Shown here piece after piece: positions 1-9,730 of a DNA stretch of 64,000 bases. Origin of the DNA: Candidimonas sp. (GTDB lineage Bacteria > Pseudomonadota > Gammaproteobacteria > Burkholderiales > Burkholderiaceae_B); assembly GCA_004297945.1 (NCBI GenBank), contig SCRC01000006.1, forward strand, positions 1,801 through 65,800. Direction: 5' to 3'. A model generated the notes under the pieces. It saw nothing but the letters and a program-made list of their open reading frames with translations. It was not told where the DNA came from and ran no database searches. The first letter of the stretch is position 1, and every line of letters begins with the position of its first letter. Made by a program: the position numbers and the translations under genes.

Positions 1-101
1 AAAAACAGCATGACACGCTAGCGACGTGCGCCGTCTCCCCTGAACACCCCTTGACTGAACGGATTTTACCCCGTTCAGCCGATTATTCCATCTTAAATCG
101 A

Positions 102-848
102 TTACATATACATGCCGCCATTGACATGCATGGTTGTACCGGTGATATAGGCGGCCTGTGGGCCGGCCAGAAAGGCCACCGCATTGGCGACATCGGCAGG
201 CGCACCCATGCGGCCCAATGGTATTTGCGACAATATGGCTGCTGCTTGCGCGTCGGTGAGTGCGCGCGTCATATCGGTTTCTATAAACCCGGGCGCCACG
301 CAATTCACCGTGATATTGCGACCTCCCAGCTCACGCGCCAGAGCGCGCGCCATGCCCGCCACGCCGGCCTTGGCGGCTGCATAATTGGCTTGGCCCGGGT
401 TGCCGCTGGAACCCACCACTGACGTAATGTTGATAATGCGGCCCCAACGGGCCTTCATCATGCCTTTCATGACGCAGCGCGACAAGCGAAACACCGCAGA
501 AAGATTGGTGTCGAGCACCGTATCCCAGTCCTCGTCCTTCATGCGCACGGCCAGATTGTCGCGCGTGATGCCGGCATTGTTCACCAGAATATGAGGTCCG
601 CCACCGTCGAGCTTGGCCAGATCATTGCACAGGGCTTCGCAGGCCGATGGATCGGTGACATCGAGCACAACGCCACGCCCACCCATCGCAGCCAATGCCT
701 CGGAGATGGTCTGGGCGCCAGCAACAGAGGTTGCCGTGGCGACAACGCTGGCGCCGCGCGCGGCCAATTCAAGCGCGATGGCGCGACCTATGCCACGGGT
801 AGCGCCGGTGACGAGGGCTACTTTGCCCTGAAGCTGCGTGTCTTGCAT
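102..848 (-). CDS. fabG: 3-oxoacyl-ACP reductase
   Basis: SDR motifs TGATRGIG, NNAGITRD, YAAAK; fab cluster; start moved to ATG 848 (MQDTQ). Confidence 0.96.
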   Translation of the reverse strand: MQDTQLQGKVALVTGATRGIGRAIALELAARGASVVATATSVAGAQTISEALAAMGGRGVVLDVTDPSACEALCNDLAKLDGGGPHILVNNAGITRDNLAVRMKDEDWDTVLDTNLSAVFRLSRCVMKGMMKARWGRIINITSVVGSSGNPGQANYAAAKAGVAGMARALARELGGRNITVNCVAPGFIETDMTRALTDAQAAAILSQIPLGRMGAPADVANAVAFLAGPQAAYITGTTMHVNGGMYM

Positions 849-853
849 TATAT

Positions 854-1786
854 TTACCCTTGTAAGATGCCCAGCGCAGTATCGAGCGAGGCCGGATCGC
901 TGATCGATAGCCCGGTCAGGCTGGCATCTATGCGTTTGACCAAACCACTGAGAACCCGGCCCGGCCCGCATTCGACGATATGGCTGATGCCTTGCGCCTT
1001 CATGGCATGCACAGTTTCCACCCAGCGCACCGCGTGCCAGGCCTGACGCACAAGCGCGCTCTTTATAGCGACGGGTTCAACGGGACTGGCCACATCGACA
1101 TTATTGATGAGGGGGATGAGCGGCGTTTTCAGCTCGATCTGCGCCAAAGCCTGCTCGAGCCGAACAGCAGCCGGTCGCAAAAGGCTGGAGTGAAATGGCG
1201 CGGACACGGGCAACGCCACGGCGCGCTTGGCGCCCGCCGCCTTGGCCAGGACACAGGCGCGTTCAACAGCGACTTTATGCCCGGCGATGACAACTTGCGA
1301 GGGCGCATTGAAATTAACCGCCTCGACAACGTCGCCCTGTGCCGCCTGCACGCAGACGTTTTTAACGGCTTCATCGTCCAGCCCCAGAATCGCCGCCATC
1401 CCTCCCGTCCCCACAGGCACCGCCGCTTGCATCGCGTCGGCGCGTACGCGCACGATCCGCGCTGCGTCGTCCAGCGCCAAAGCGCCGGCAGCCGTTAGCG
1501 CCGAATATTCGCCCAGGCTATGGCCAGCCACCAGCACGGGCACCGCCCCGCCCGCCGCAATCCACGCACGATACATCGCGACCGCCGCCGCCAGCATGAC
1601 CGGCTGGGTATTGCTTGTGAGATTAAGCTGTTCAGCCGGGCCCTGGGAAATCAGAGCGCCCAGATCCTGGCCCAGCGCCACCGACGCCTGCTCCAGTGTT
1701 TGGGTGACTGTCGCGTTACCGGCCCAGGCGTCCAGCATGCCTACCGATTGCGACCCCTGGCCGGGAAAGACAAATGCAATGTTCAT
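854..1786 (-). CDS. fabD: malonyl-CoA:ACP transacylase
   Basis: FPGQGSQ, GHSLGE, SAPFHS motifs; start ATG 1786. Confidence 0.96.
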   Translation of the reverse strand: MNIAFVFPGQGSQSVGMLDAWAGNATVTQTLEQASVALGQDLGALISQGPAEQLNLTSNTQPVMLAAAVAMYRAWIAAGGAVPVLVAGHSLGEYSALTAAGALALDDAARIVRVRADAMQAAVPVGTGGMAAILGLDDEAVKNVCVQAAQGDVVEAVNFNAPSQVVIAGHKVAVERACVLAKAAGAKRAVALPVSAPFHSSLLRPAAVRLEQALAQIELKTPLIPLINNVDVASPVEPVAIKSALVRQAWHAVRWVETVHAMKAQGISHIVECGPGRVLSGLVKRIDASLTGLSISDPASLDTALGILQG

Positions 1787-1787
1787 T

Positions 1788-2774
1788 TCACATCCTCGCG
1801 AGGATCGAGCCCCATGTAAAGCCGCCGCCCACACCCTGCATCAACACCAAATGCCCGGGCTTGACGCGGCCGTCGCGGCGCGCCACGTCAAGCGCCAGAG
1901 GAACACTGGCGGCCGACGTATTGGCATGCTTATCGAGGGTAATAACCACTTTTTCGTCGGGAATGCCCAATCTTTTACTCAAAAAATTCAAGATCCGAAC
2001 GTTCGCCTGATGCGGCACCAGCCAGTCGATATCGGCGAGGCTCACATCGGCCTCGGCGCAGACCTCGTGGGCCGAACGGGTCAAGGCAGTAACTGCCAGC
2101 TTGAACACCGCCTGCCCATCCATCCGCAAAAACGGATCACCCACCACCTTGCCATGCGCCACATTGCCCGCTGCGCAAAGAATGCCCATCTGGCTGCCAT
2201 CGGCATTTAGCCGGGCGCCTATAATCCCGGGCTCATCCGAAGCTTTCAACACTACAGCGCCCGCACCGTCGCCAAATAGCACGCACGTGCCGCGATCATT
2301 CCAGTCGAGGATGCTGGAGAACACCTCCGCTCCGATCACCAAGGCAACGCGGGCGCGTCGGGCCTGAATGAATGCGTCGGCGGTGGCCAGGGCATAGACA
2401 AAGCCGCTGCATACCGCCTGTACATCAAAGGCGGCCCCGTTTTTGATGCCCAGACCCGCCTGCACCAGGCACGCGGTACTCGGGAATACAAAATCAGGCG
2501 TGGACGTCGCCACGATGATCAGGTCTATCTCGTCGGCCTCGACGCCCGCATCGTCCAGCGCCGCTCTGGCAGCGCGTGTCGCCAGCAGGCTGGTTTTTTC
2601 ACCCGCTGCGGCAATATGGCGCTGCTTTATGCCAGTGCGCTCCACGATCCAGCTGTCCGACGTTTCAATCTGCCGCGTCGCCAAGTCGGCGGCAAGCTCG
2701 TCGTTGCTCACCACCCGGGAAGGCAGATAAGCCCCCGATCCAATTATCCTAGCGTAAGACATATTAGATTCCAT
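1788..2774 (-). CDS. fabH: beta-ketoacyl-ACP synthase III
   Basis: [27 protein letters not shown] motifs. Confidence 0.96.
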   Translation of the reverse strand: MESNMSYARIIGSGAYLPSRVVSNDELAADLATRQIETSDSWIVERTGIKQRHIAAAGEKTSLLATRAARAALDDAGVEADEIDLIIVATSTPDFVFPSTACLVQAGLGIKNGAAFDVQAVCSGFVYALATADAFIQARRARVALVIGAEVFSSILDWNDRGTCVLFGDGAGAVVLKASDEPGIIGARLNADGSQMGILCAAGNVAHGKVVGDPFLRMDGQAVFKLAVTALTRSAHEVCAEADVSLADIDWLVPHQANVRILNFLSKRLGIPDEKVVITLDKHANTSAASVPLALDVARRDGRVKPGHLVLMQGVGGGFTWGSILARM

Positions 2775-3866
2775 CTAGACACCCGGGTAAGGTGCGGATT
2801 GTGGCGTGTCGTCGCAAGCCTGCGCCGTTCGCACATCGGCCACCCGCAAACTCTGGTGCAATTGATCTATCGCGCTGGTCGTACCCTGAAGCAGTCCATT
2901 CTGCACGGCCTCGTAGGCGCGCTGCAAAGCACAGCCGAAGGCATAGATATCGGCCGAACCATGGCTTTTAAAGACGATTCCGCGCAAGCCCAGCAGGGCC
3001 GCGCCGTTATAGCGCCGGTTATCGACCCGCGCGCGGAAGCGATTCAGGACCGGCGTGGCCAACAAGCCCGTAGCCAGAGACAAGGGATCGCGCTTGAACT
3101 CTTGGCGCATCATGCTGGCGACCATTTTGGCCAGGCCTTCGAGCGACTTGAGTACCACGTTGCCGACGAACCCATCGCAGACCACAACATCAACCGTGCC
3201 CTTGCAAATATCGTCGCCTTCGACATTGCCGTAGAAGTTCAGCCCGCTGGCCCGCAAAAGCTCAGCCGCATGCTTGACCACCTCGTTGCCCTTGATGACT
3301 TCTTCGCCAATATTCAGCAGCCCAATGGTGGGCTTGTCGCGCCGGTCGACGGTCTGCGCCAGGGCCGCGCCCATGATGGCAAACTGCAACAAATGTTCGG
3401 CCGTGCAGTCCACGTTCGCACCCAGATCGAGCATGATTGTGGCGCCGCCGGTCTGGTTGGGGATAGACGTGGCAATCGCCGGGCGATCAATGCCGTCCAG
3501 CGTTTTCAACACATAACGCGTAATGGCCATCCAGGCCCCGGTATTCCCGGCCGAAACGCAAGCATCGGCCAGGCCGTCCTTGACGGCTTGGGCCGCCACG
3601 CGCATGGACGAATCCTTTTTGCGGCGCAACGCCACCTCTACCGAATCGTCCATGGCGACGACTTCGGAAGCGGGCAGAATTTCGCAGCGATCGCGAGCGC
3701 TGCCCAGTTCTTTGAGCTTGAGGCCTATGACCTGCGGGTCGCCCACCAGCAAAAAACGAGTATCGGGGTGCTTGACCGCGAACTGACAGGCGGCCGGAAT
3801 CGTAACCGCCGGGCCAATGTCTCCCCCCATGCAGTCAACAGCAATTCGAACCACGGATGTAGTCAT
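2775..3866 (-). CDS. plsX: phosphate acyltransferase
   Basis: [25 protein letters not shown] motifs; between rpmF and fabH. Confidence 0.95.
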   Translation of the reverse strand: MTTSVVRIAVDCMGGDIGPAVTIPAACQFAVKHPDTRFLLVGDPQVIGLKLKELGSARDRCEILPASEVVAMDDSVEVALRRKKDSSMRVAAQAVKDGLADACVSAGNTGAWMAITRYVLKTLDGIDRPAIATSIPNQTGGATIMLDLGANVDCTAEHLLQFAIMGAALAQTVDRRDKPTIGLLNIGEEVIKGNEVVKHAAELLRASGLNFYGNVEGDDICKGTVDVVVCDGFVGNVVLKSLEGLAKMVASMMRQEFKRDPLSLATGLLATPVLNRFRARVDNRRYNGAALLGLRGIVFKSHGSADIYAFGCALQRAYEAVQNGLLQGTTSAIDQLHQSLRVADVRTAQACDDTPQSAPYPGV

Positions 3867-3907
3867 CGAGGGCGTGCTTTACAGTCCAGGCCGCACACGC
3901 AACACAA

Positions 3908-4090
3908 TTATTCGTCGTTCTTGGTTTTAAGAACTTTACGACCGCGATAAATTCCGTTGGGGCTGATGTGGTGACGCAGATGCAACTCGCCCGTGGTGGG
4001 CTCGACGGCCGTGGAAGGGGTAGTCAGAAAATCGTGTGCACGATGCATGCCACGCTTAGACGGACTCTTTTTGTTTTGTTGAACGGCCAT
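3908..4090 (-). CDS. rpmF: 50S ribosomal protein L32
   Basis: [17 protein letters not shown]; 60 aa; canonical context. Confidence 0.97.
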   Translation of the reverse strand: MAVQQNKKSPSKRGMHRAHDFLTTPSTAVEPTTGELHLRHHISPNGIYRGRKVLKTKNDE

Positions 4091-4153
4091 AATGACTCCT
4101 GAAAAACGGGTCGCAATTATAAGCGATCGATCCCGCCTGTTAGATTAAAAAAC

Positions 4154-4684
4154 TCAATTCTTCTTTAGCTGACCCAGAACCGCGAACGGCGAGGGCCTGC
4201 CGACATCGGAATCGGACTCATCGCGCTGAACAATGAAGGGCGACACCGATGGACAAACATCGTGCTTGGGCACATAGGGCAGGCTCAGGATAATTTCGTC
4301 TTCGACCAGCGCCTGCACATCAAGGCGCGGCGAACCCACGATACGCTCAATGAAATCTTCGGGCTGCCCTTCAACGAGCACCGCATCCTCTTCAAGGCCT
4401 GCTTCGTTATTCACCATTTGCAAGCGATTTTCGGTATCTATCGGCCAGGCAAACGGCGCCAGACAACGCTGGCACTCCAGCATAGGGCAAGCCTTGACGC
4501 GCAAATACAAATAACTGCGCCCAAATGAATCTTTTTCACCCCGCAGCGACCACGACACAGGGCTATCGTCCTGCTCGGGCAAATCTTCGGTCAGTCGTAC
4601 GCAATGCAGCAACGACGTCTGGCCGCTAACTTCCAGACCCGTTCGGGTCAGCTCAAACGTGTCCACATACTTGCCCGCATCCAC
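4154..4684 (-). CDS. yceD: DUF177/YceD family protein
   Basis: CQRCL and EDEIILSLP motifs; SPFAVL C-terminus; upstream of rpmF. Confidence 0.9.
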   Translation of the reverse strand: MDAGKYVDTFELTRTGLEVSGQTSLLHCVRLTEDLPEQDDSPVSWSLRGEKDSFGRSYLYLRVKACPMLECQRCLAPFAWPIDTENRLQMVNNEAGLEEDAVLVEGQPEDFIERIVGSPRLDVQALVEDEIILSLPYVPKHDVCPSVSPFIVQRDESDSDVGRPSPFAVLGQLKKN

Positions 4685-4717
4685 GTCAGTTCCTCCACAG
4701 TTCCCACGAAAGTTGCC

Positions 4718-4793
4718 AATAACCCATCAACAATAACCCATCAAATTAGCTGGGTGCACAAATCCGGGCGCACAAATATCTGGGTGCACAAAT
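4718..4793. repeat. short direct repeats in the yceD/maf divergent intergenic region
   Basis: AATAACCCATCAA x2 (4718-4744) and CYGGGYGCACAAAT x3 (4750-4793). Confidence 0.75.
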
Positions 4794-4895
4794 AGTACCT
4801 GCGCGGTTTCTTAAACATGGAAAACATTAGATAATAACGCGTCTGGCAATTTTCAGTCAAACCAAACATCAGGCAAACACCAAAACCCACCAATC

Positions 4896-5471
4896 ATGCG
4901 TCTTATTCTGGCCTCAAGCTCTCCATATCGCCAAACCATGCTGGCGCGCCTGCGCGTACCCTATACCGCCATCGCCCCCAATGTGGACGAAACCCCCCAT
5001 TTCCAGGAAAGCCCCGCCGATCTTGCGCTAAGGCTTTCAATCGCCAAGGCCGGCGTTGTGGCCAGCCAACATCCCGGCACTCTGGTCATCGGCTCGGATC
5101 AGGTCGCCACCATTAAAGGCGAACCCATCGGTAAAGCCGGCAGCTTCGAGCGGGCGCAAATCCAGTTGCGGCAACTAAGCGGCCAAACCGTAGAATTCCA
5201 CAGCGCCTTGTGCGTCACCGATGGACGGCGCCTCGAAACCGCCGATGTGCTCACCTGCTGCCAGTTTCGCGTGCTCGACGACGCCGAAATCGACAGCTAT
5301 CTGCGCATCGAACAGCCCTACGATACGGCAGGCAGCGCCAAGGCCGAAAGCCTGGGGATCGCACTGATGGAAAGCATGCGTTCGGACGACCCCACGGCCA
5401 TCATCGGCCTGCCGCTTATTGCCCTGTGCCGCATGCTGCGCTCATTTGGGCTTAACCCCTTGACCCCTTAA
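4896..5471 (+). CDS. maf: Maf family nucleotide pyrophosphatase (YceF-like)
   Basis: LILASSSPYR, IGSDQ, IIGLP motifs; divergent from yceD. Confidence 0.9.
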   Translation: MRLILASSSPYRQTMLARLRVPYTAIAPNVDETPHFQESPADLALRLSIAKAGVVASQHPGTLVIGSDQVATIKGEPIGKAGSFERAQIQLRQLSGQTVEFHSALCVTDGRRLETADVLTCCQFRVLDDAEIDSYLRIEQPYDTAGSAKAESLGIALMESMRSDDPTAIIGLPLIALCRMLRSFGLNPLTP

Positions 5472-5479
5472 GAGAAACC

Positions 5480-6199
5480 GTGAAAACAGGCGGAATTTTA
5501 CATTTGATCCCCGTAGGCATGGGCGAGGCGGCGCCGTCCATCTGGCTGCCGCAGGCCGTCTGCGAACTGGCTGCCGGCCTGGACACCTATATCGCGGAAA
5601 ATGCCAAGACGGCACGTGCTTTTCTGAAACTGATCGGCGCGCTGCGCCCTCTGCGGGAAATCACCATCCACACCCTCGATAGCCGCGTCGACGTCCAGCA
5701 GATGCGCGCCTGGTTGACGCCCTTGCTGGAAGGCGGCGAAATCGGCCTGGTTTCCGAAGCCGGCTGCCCCGCCGTGGCGGATCCGGGCGCCAAAGTAGTG
5801 GCCATCGCCCACACTCTGGGCCTGCGGGTTCGCCCCTGGGTGGGTCCCTCGTCGATCCTGCTTGGGCTCATGGCCAGCGGCCTGGACGGCCAGCGCTTCG
5901 CCTTCCATGGCTATGCGCCAGTCGAACCAGCCGCGCGCGCCAAGCAGCTCAAAGCATGGGAGACCGTCTCGCAACAACAGGCACAAACCCAAATACTGAT
6001 CGAAACACCCTACCGCAACGCAGCCATGTTCGAGACGCTCAGGCAGACGCTAAAAGGCCATACCCGCTTATGCGTGGCCCGCTCGCTCACGACAGCCGAC
6101 GAATGGATACAGACTCACACCATCGCCGAATGGGAATCGCGGCCTGCACCCGATTTGAACAAAATGCCCACCCTCTTCCTGTACCTGGCAGGGGCCTAA
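5480..6199 (+). CDS. tetrapyrrole-methylase (RsmI-like) SAM-dependent methyltransferase
   Basis: LVSEAGCPAVADPG, GPSSI, IETPYRN motifs. Confidence 0.85.
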   Translation: MKTGGILHLIPVGMGEAAPSIWLPQAVCELAAGLDTYIAENAKTARAFLKLIGALRPLREITIHTLDSRVDVQQMRAWLTPLLEGGEIGLVSEAGCPAVADPGAKVVAIAHTLGLRVRPWVGPSSILLGLMASGLDGQRFAFHGYAPVEPAARAKQLKAWETVSQQQAQTQILIETPYRNAAMFETLRQTLKGHTRLCVARSLTTADEWIQTHTIAEWESRPAPDLNKMPTLFLYLAGA

Positions 6200-6202
6200 T
6201 CC

Positions 6203-7090
6203 ATGCGAGGGGAAATTTCCGGGGATGATAATGGCACCCACAAGGGGTGTCCCGAAAAGAATGGCAGCCACAAGAATGGCAGCCACAAGGGCTGCCGCTA
6301 CACTAGCAATCGCGCCCTCGCCGTCTTTGTCGCCACCGGCCTGATCACGCTACTGGCCTCATGCAGCAGTTATTCCCCTGGTGGATTACGGATTGACCGC
6401 AACATCCACGCAAAGAGCCAGGACAGCCGGGTCGAACTGGTGGTGCTGCACTATACGTACGCCGACCGCGCGCAATCCCTGAAAATATTGTCCGAGGGAA
6501 ACGTCAGCAGCCATTATCTGATCACCGACGATGCCGTACCTCATGTTTACCAATTAGTGAGCGAAAATCGACGCGCCTGGCATGCCGGAGTCAGCCAATG
6601 GTATGGCCACAACAACCTCAACGCCGCCTCGATCGGCATCGAAATCGTCAATCGAGGCCCCGAGGGTTCGCATTGGGCCGCCTACACGCCAGCCCAGATC
6701 GCCACGGTCATCACGTTGCTGCGTGACATCATCCAGCGCCACCAGATCAAACCCTACGATGTTGTGGGGCATAGCGACATCGCCCCGCAACGCAAAACGG
6801 ATCCGGGTCCCGCCTTCCCCTGGAAACAACTCGCGCAAGCGGGCATCGGGCGCTGGTATGATCAGGCCCAGGCTCGCTTATACGAAAGCAATTTCAAACG
6901 CAACGGCCTGCCTGATATCGCCTGGATTCAAAAAGAACTCAAGCGCGTGGGCTACGACACGCCGAGCACTGGGGTGCTGGACCATGCCACCAAAAGAGTG
7001 ATAGCCGCCTTTCAGATGCACTATCGGCCCAGCCGCTACGACGGGGTTCCAGACGCCGAAACAGCCGCCATTTTGAAAGCGCTGCCTTAA
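6203..7090 (+). CDS. amiD: N-acetylmuramoyl-L-alanine amidase lipoprotein (AmiD-like) with peptidoglycan-binding domain
   Basis: VVLHYT, SSHYL, RAWHAG, IGIEIVN, GHSDIAPQRKTDPG; lipobox LASC; AFQMHYRP C-terminal domain. Confidence 0.85.
   Translation: MRGEISGDDNGTHKGCPEKNGSHKNGSHKGCRYTSNRALAVFVATGLITLLASCSSYSPGGLRIDRNIHAKSQDSRVELVVLHYTYADRAQSLKILSEGNVSSHYLITDDAVPHVYQLVSENRRAWHAGVSQWYGHNNLNAASIGIEIVNRGPEGSHWAAYTPAQIATVITLLRDIIQRHQIKPYDVVGHSDIAPQRKTDPGPAFPWKQLAQAGIGRWYDQAQARLYESNFKRNGLPDIAWIQKELKRVGYDTPSTGVLDHATKRVIAAFQMHYRPSRYDGVPDAETAAILKALP
6232..6302 (-). repeat. REP cluster (degenerate, partial and full copy) inside the amidase 5' end
   Basis: TGGCACCCACAAGGGGTGTC, AATGGCAGCCACAAG x2, GGCTGCCGCTACA. 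Confidence 0.9.
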
Positions 7091-7818
7091 GGTTTGAGGC
7101 GGCGTTGCCTAACGGAGTAAACAACCCGGGCGAGCAATAGCAACGCCAGGATGATTCCGTAAGCGTAGGGCTCGAAAAAATTGTTTTTACCCGCGCGTAT
7201 CAGCCAGAAATGCCATACCGACAGCGCTGCGATTGCGTATACGCTACGGTGCAAATACTGCCATCCACGCCCCAAGCGCCGCATCCAGCCCTGCGTAGAC
7301 GTGAAGGCCAGCGCCAACATGGGGATAAACGCCAACATGCCGATGGTAATGAAGGTACGCCCCAGAACATCGTGCCACATCGAAACCAAAGACCAGCCTC
7401 GCTCCCAAAAAGCCCAGCCCAACAGATGCAGTGTCGTGTAAAAAAAGGCAAACAAGCCCAGCATACGGCGGCAACGCACCAGGGCGGGCTGCCCAATAAG
7501 CCGACGCAAAGGTGTAACGGCCAAAGTCAGGCACAGCGCGACCAAGGCCCACACGCCCGATGATCGCACCAAAAACTCGGGAGGATTGGCGGTCAGCCCG
7601 TCGTTCAGCCCAAGGGCGATCCATCGAAACACGGGGTAAAGCGCAAGTAAAAAGATAAGGGGTTTGATGCGCCCGATCTGTTTGGCTGTCCAATTCGATG
7701 GCCGGACAGAGGCGGCACCCACACCGGGTGGGGTCGATTCTGATCGAATGGCGGAGGTGGCACCCACAAGGGGTGCCGCTACATTAGCGGCAGAACGCAA
7801 CTGATCCCGTATTTTCAT
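7087..7818 (-). CDS. msrQ: heme-binding membrane subunit of periplasmic methionine sulfoxide reductase
   Basis: RRMLGLFAFFY, WQYLHRSVY, conserved His; downstream of msrP; start uncertain (7830 TTG or 7818 ATG). Confidence 0.9.
   Translation of the reverse strand: MKIRDQLRSAANVAAPLVGATSAIRSESTPPGVGAASVRPSNWTAKQIGRIKPLIFLLALYPVFRWIALGLNDGLTANPPEFLVRSSGVWALVALCLTLAVTPLRRLIGQPALVRCRRMLGLFAFFYTTLHLLGWAFWERGWSLVSMWHDVLGRTFITIGMLAFIPMLALAFTSTQGWMRRLGRGWQYLHRSVYAIAALSVWHFWLIRAGKNNFFEPYAYGIILALLLLARVVYSVRQRRLKP
7758..7783 (-). repeat. single REP (type A) within the msrQ 5' region
   Basis: TGGCACCCACAAGGGGTGCCGCTACA on the + strand. Confidence 0.93.
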
Positions 7819-7826
7819 GACATCGC

Positions 7827-8795
7827 TCAAAAGTTTTTCCTCAGATCCATACCCTGGTATAGCGCCGCCACCTGCTCGGCGTAGCCGTTGTACATCAGGG
7901 TATCGACCCGAGGGGCGAAAAAGCCGCTGCCTATGCGCCGTTCGGTCGCCTGGCTCCAGCGCGGATGAGGAACCTTGGGATTGACATTGGCATAAAAGGC
8001 ATACTCGGTGGGTGCAATCTTGGGCCAGCTTGTCACGGGCTGCTTTTCGGTCAGCCGAATCTTTACGATCGACTTGCCTGACTTGAACCCATATTTCCAG
8101 GGCACCGCCACCCGCATGGGCGCGCCATCCTGATTAGGCAATGTTTTGCCATACAGCCCGAACACCAGCATGGTGAGCGGATTCATGGCTTCGTCGATAC
8201 GCAGACCTTCGACGTACGGCCAGTCAATAATCCGATCCGCCAGGCCGGGCATATTGCCCGGCTGCACGGCGGTTACAAACTCGATGTACTTGGCGCGGCT
8301 GGTAGGCTCGACCTGCTTGAGCAAAGTAGACAAGGAATACCCTTCCCAGGGAATAACCATCGACCAGGCCTCGACACAACGCAGCCGGTAAACGCGTTCT
8401 TCCATCGGCGCGAGCTTGCGCAAATCATCGATGTCAAAAGTACGGGGTTTAGCCACTTCGCCTTCGACGATAACCTTCCACGGACTGGTTTTCATGGCGC
8501 CCGCGTAGTTGGAAGGATCGCTTTTACCGGTGCCGAACTCGTAGAAGTTATTGTAGGAAGTGATATCTTTTTCCGACGTAGGTTTTTCCATTATCTGATA
8601 GACGGGATTGGGCTTGGCGGCAAACAGCCCCGAGGCCGCCGGAGCCGACTGCGCCATGGCGCGCAACGACAAGCCGCCCGTCCCCAGAGCCACCGCACCT
8701 ACCCCCAGCTGCTGCATCCAGCGACGACGCGCCAGCCATACACGCTCGGGAGTAATTTCTGAAGGAGCAATAGGGGGAGCTTTAAAATGGGACAT
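7827..8795 (-). CDS. msrP: periplasmic Mo-dependent methionine sulfoxide reductase catalytic subunit
   Basis: SEITP, Tat-like RR signal, [30 protein letters not shown]; GAGG RBS before ATG 8795. Confidence 0.96.
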   Translation of the reverse strand: MSHFKAPPIAPSEITPERVWLARRRWMQQLGVGAVALGTGGLSLRAMAQSAPAASGLFAAKPNPVYQIMEKPTSEKDITSYNNFYEFGTGKSDPSNYAGAMKTSPWKVIVEGEVAKPRTFDIDDLRKLAPMEERVYRLRCVEAWSMVIPWEGYSLSTLLKQVEPTSRAKYIEFVTAVQPGNMPGLADRIIDWPYVEGLRIDEAMNPLTMLVFGLYGKTLPNQDGAPMRVAVPWKYGFKSGKSIVKIRLTEKQPVTSWPKIAPTEYAFYANVNPKVPHPRWSQATERRIGSGFFAPRVDTLMYNGYAEQVAALYQGMDLRKNF

Positions 8796-8820
8796 GATAT
8801 TCCTCGTAAACACTTCTCTA

Positions 8821-8847
8821 TTTGAGGTATTTAGGGCAGTGAAGTTC
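8821..8847 (-). promoter_or_regulatory. sigmaE-type promoter for msrPQ
   Basis: minus strand GAACTT-N16-TCAAA, matching the RpoE consensus, 25 nt upstream of the msrP ATG. Confidence 0.65.
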
Positions 8848-9076
8848 AAGTTGCCTGTTTCGCTATCGGTATAGCGGGTATTGCCAACAACCGCCTCCGT
8901 AGGTATACGGAGAAACAAAAGCAATTATTCCATCCCACGGCGACAACTGGCGCTTTTTACACCTCTTGCGTCCTGTTTTTACCCCATCTGCTTCTATATA
9001 CGTTTGAAAGCACCAAATGGATGCGCGCCGCACGACTTATTCGTCCTGCTCGATAGCGAACGCTACGCCTCGAATT

Positions 9077-9730
9077 TCAAACCCGGTCGATCAGCCAGCT
9101 GCGCATTTCGCGAACACTGGACACCAGCACAGTAGGCTCGGCCGTAACCAAGGTTTGCTTGTCATGCGCGCCGTAGGTCACCGCCATGCTATCGACCCCC
9201 GCATTACTGGCCATCTGGACGTCGTGGACGGTATCGCCCACCATGATCAATTGCTCGGGCGCCAGATCAAGTTCATGCATTAGTTCCAGCAGCATGCCCG
9301 GATGCGGTTTGCTGAAGGACTCGTCCGCGCAGCGAGTGGCGTCGAACTGATCGTGCAGATTCAGGCTGTTTAACGCCCGATCCAGCCCCGCTCGGCTTTT
9401 CCCTGTGGCCACCGCCAACCGCACCCCCTGAGCCTTGAGTGCTGCAAATAGCGGCGCGATGCCGTCGAATAATTTGAGATCCGGGTCGCGGCTAAGGAAA
9501 TGAATGCGGTAGCGCTGCAAAAATAGCGGCATGTTCTCCGAAGTTAGCGTAGGGATAGCGTGGTACAAGGCGTCTTCCAGCGAAAGGCCTATTACCCAAC
9601 TCGCGTCGGCCGCCGTTGGAACCGGCAGGCCAAGATCAGCGCACGACGCCTGAATCGCAGCCACAATGGTGTGGGTGGAATCCATGACGGTTCCATCCCA
9701 GTCGAATACAACCGCTGCATAACGTTTCAC
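9077..9730 (-). CDS. HAD-IA hydrolase (phosphoglycolate phosphatase-like)
   Basis: FDWDGT, ATGK, KPHP, GDTVHD; GTG start overlaps the rluC stop. Confidence 0.88.
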   Translation of the reverse strand: MKRYAAVVFDWDGTVMDSTHTIVAAIQASCADLGLPVPTAADASWVIGLSLEDALYHAIPTLTSENMPLFLQRYRIHFLSRDPDLKLFDGIAPLFAALKAQGVRLAVATGKSRAGLDRALNSLNLHDQFDATRCADESFSKPHPGMLLELMHELDLAPEQLIMVGDTVHDVQMASNAGVDSMAVTYGAHDKQTLVTAEPTVLVSSVREMRSWLIDRV

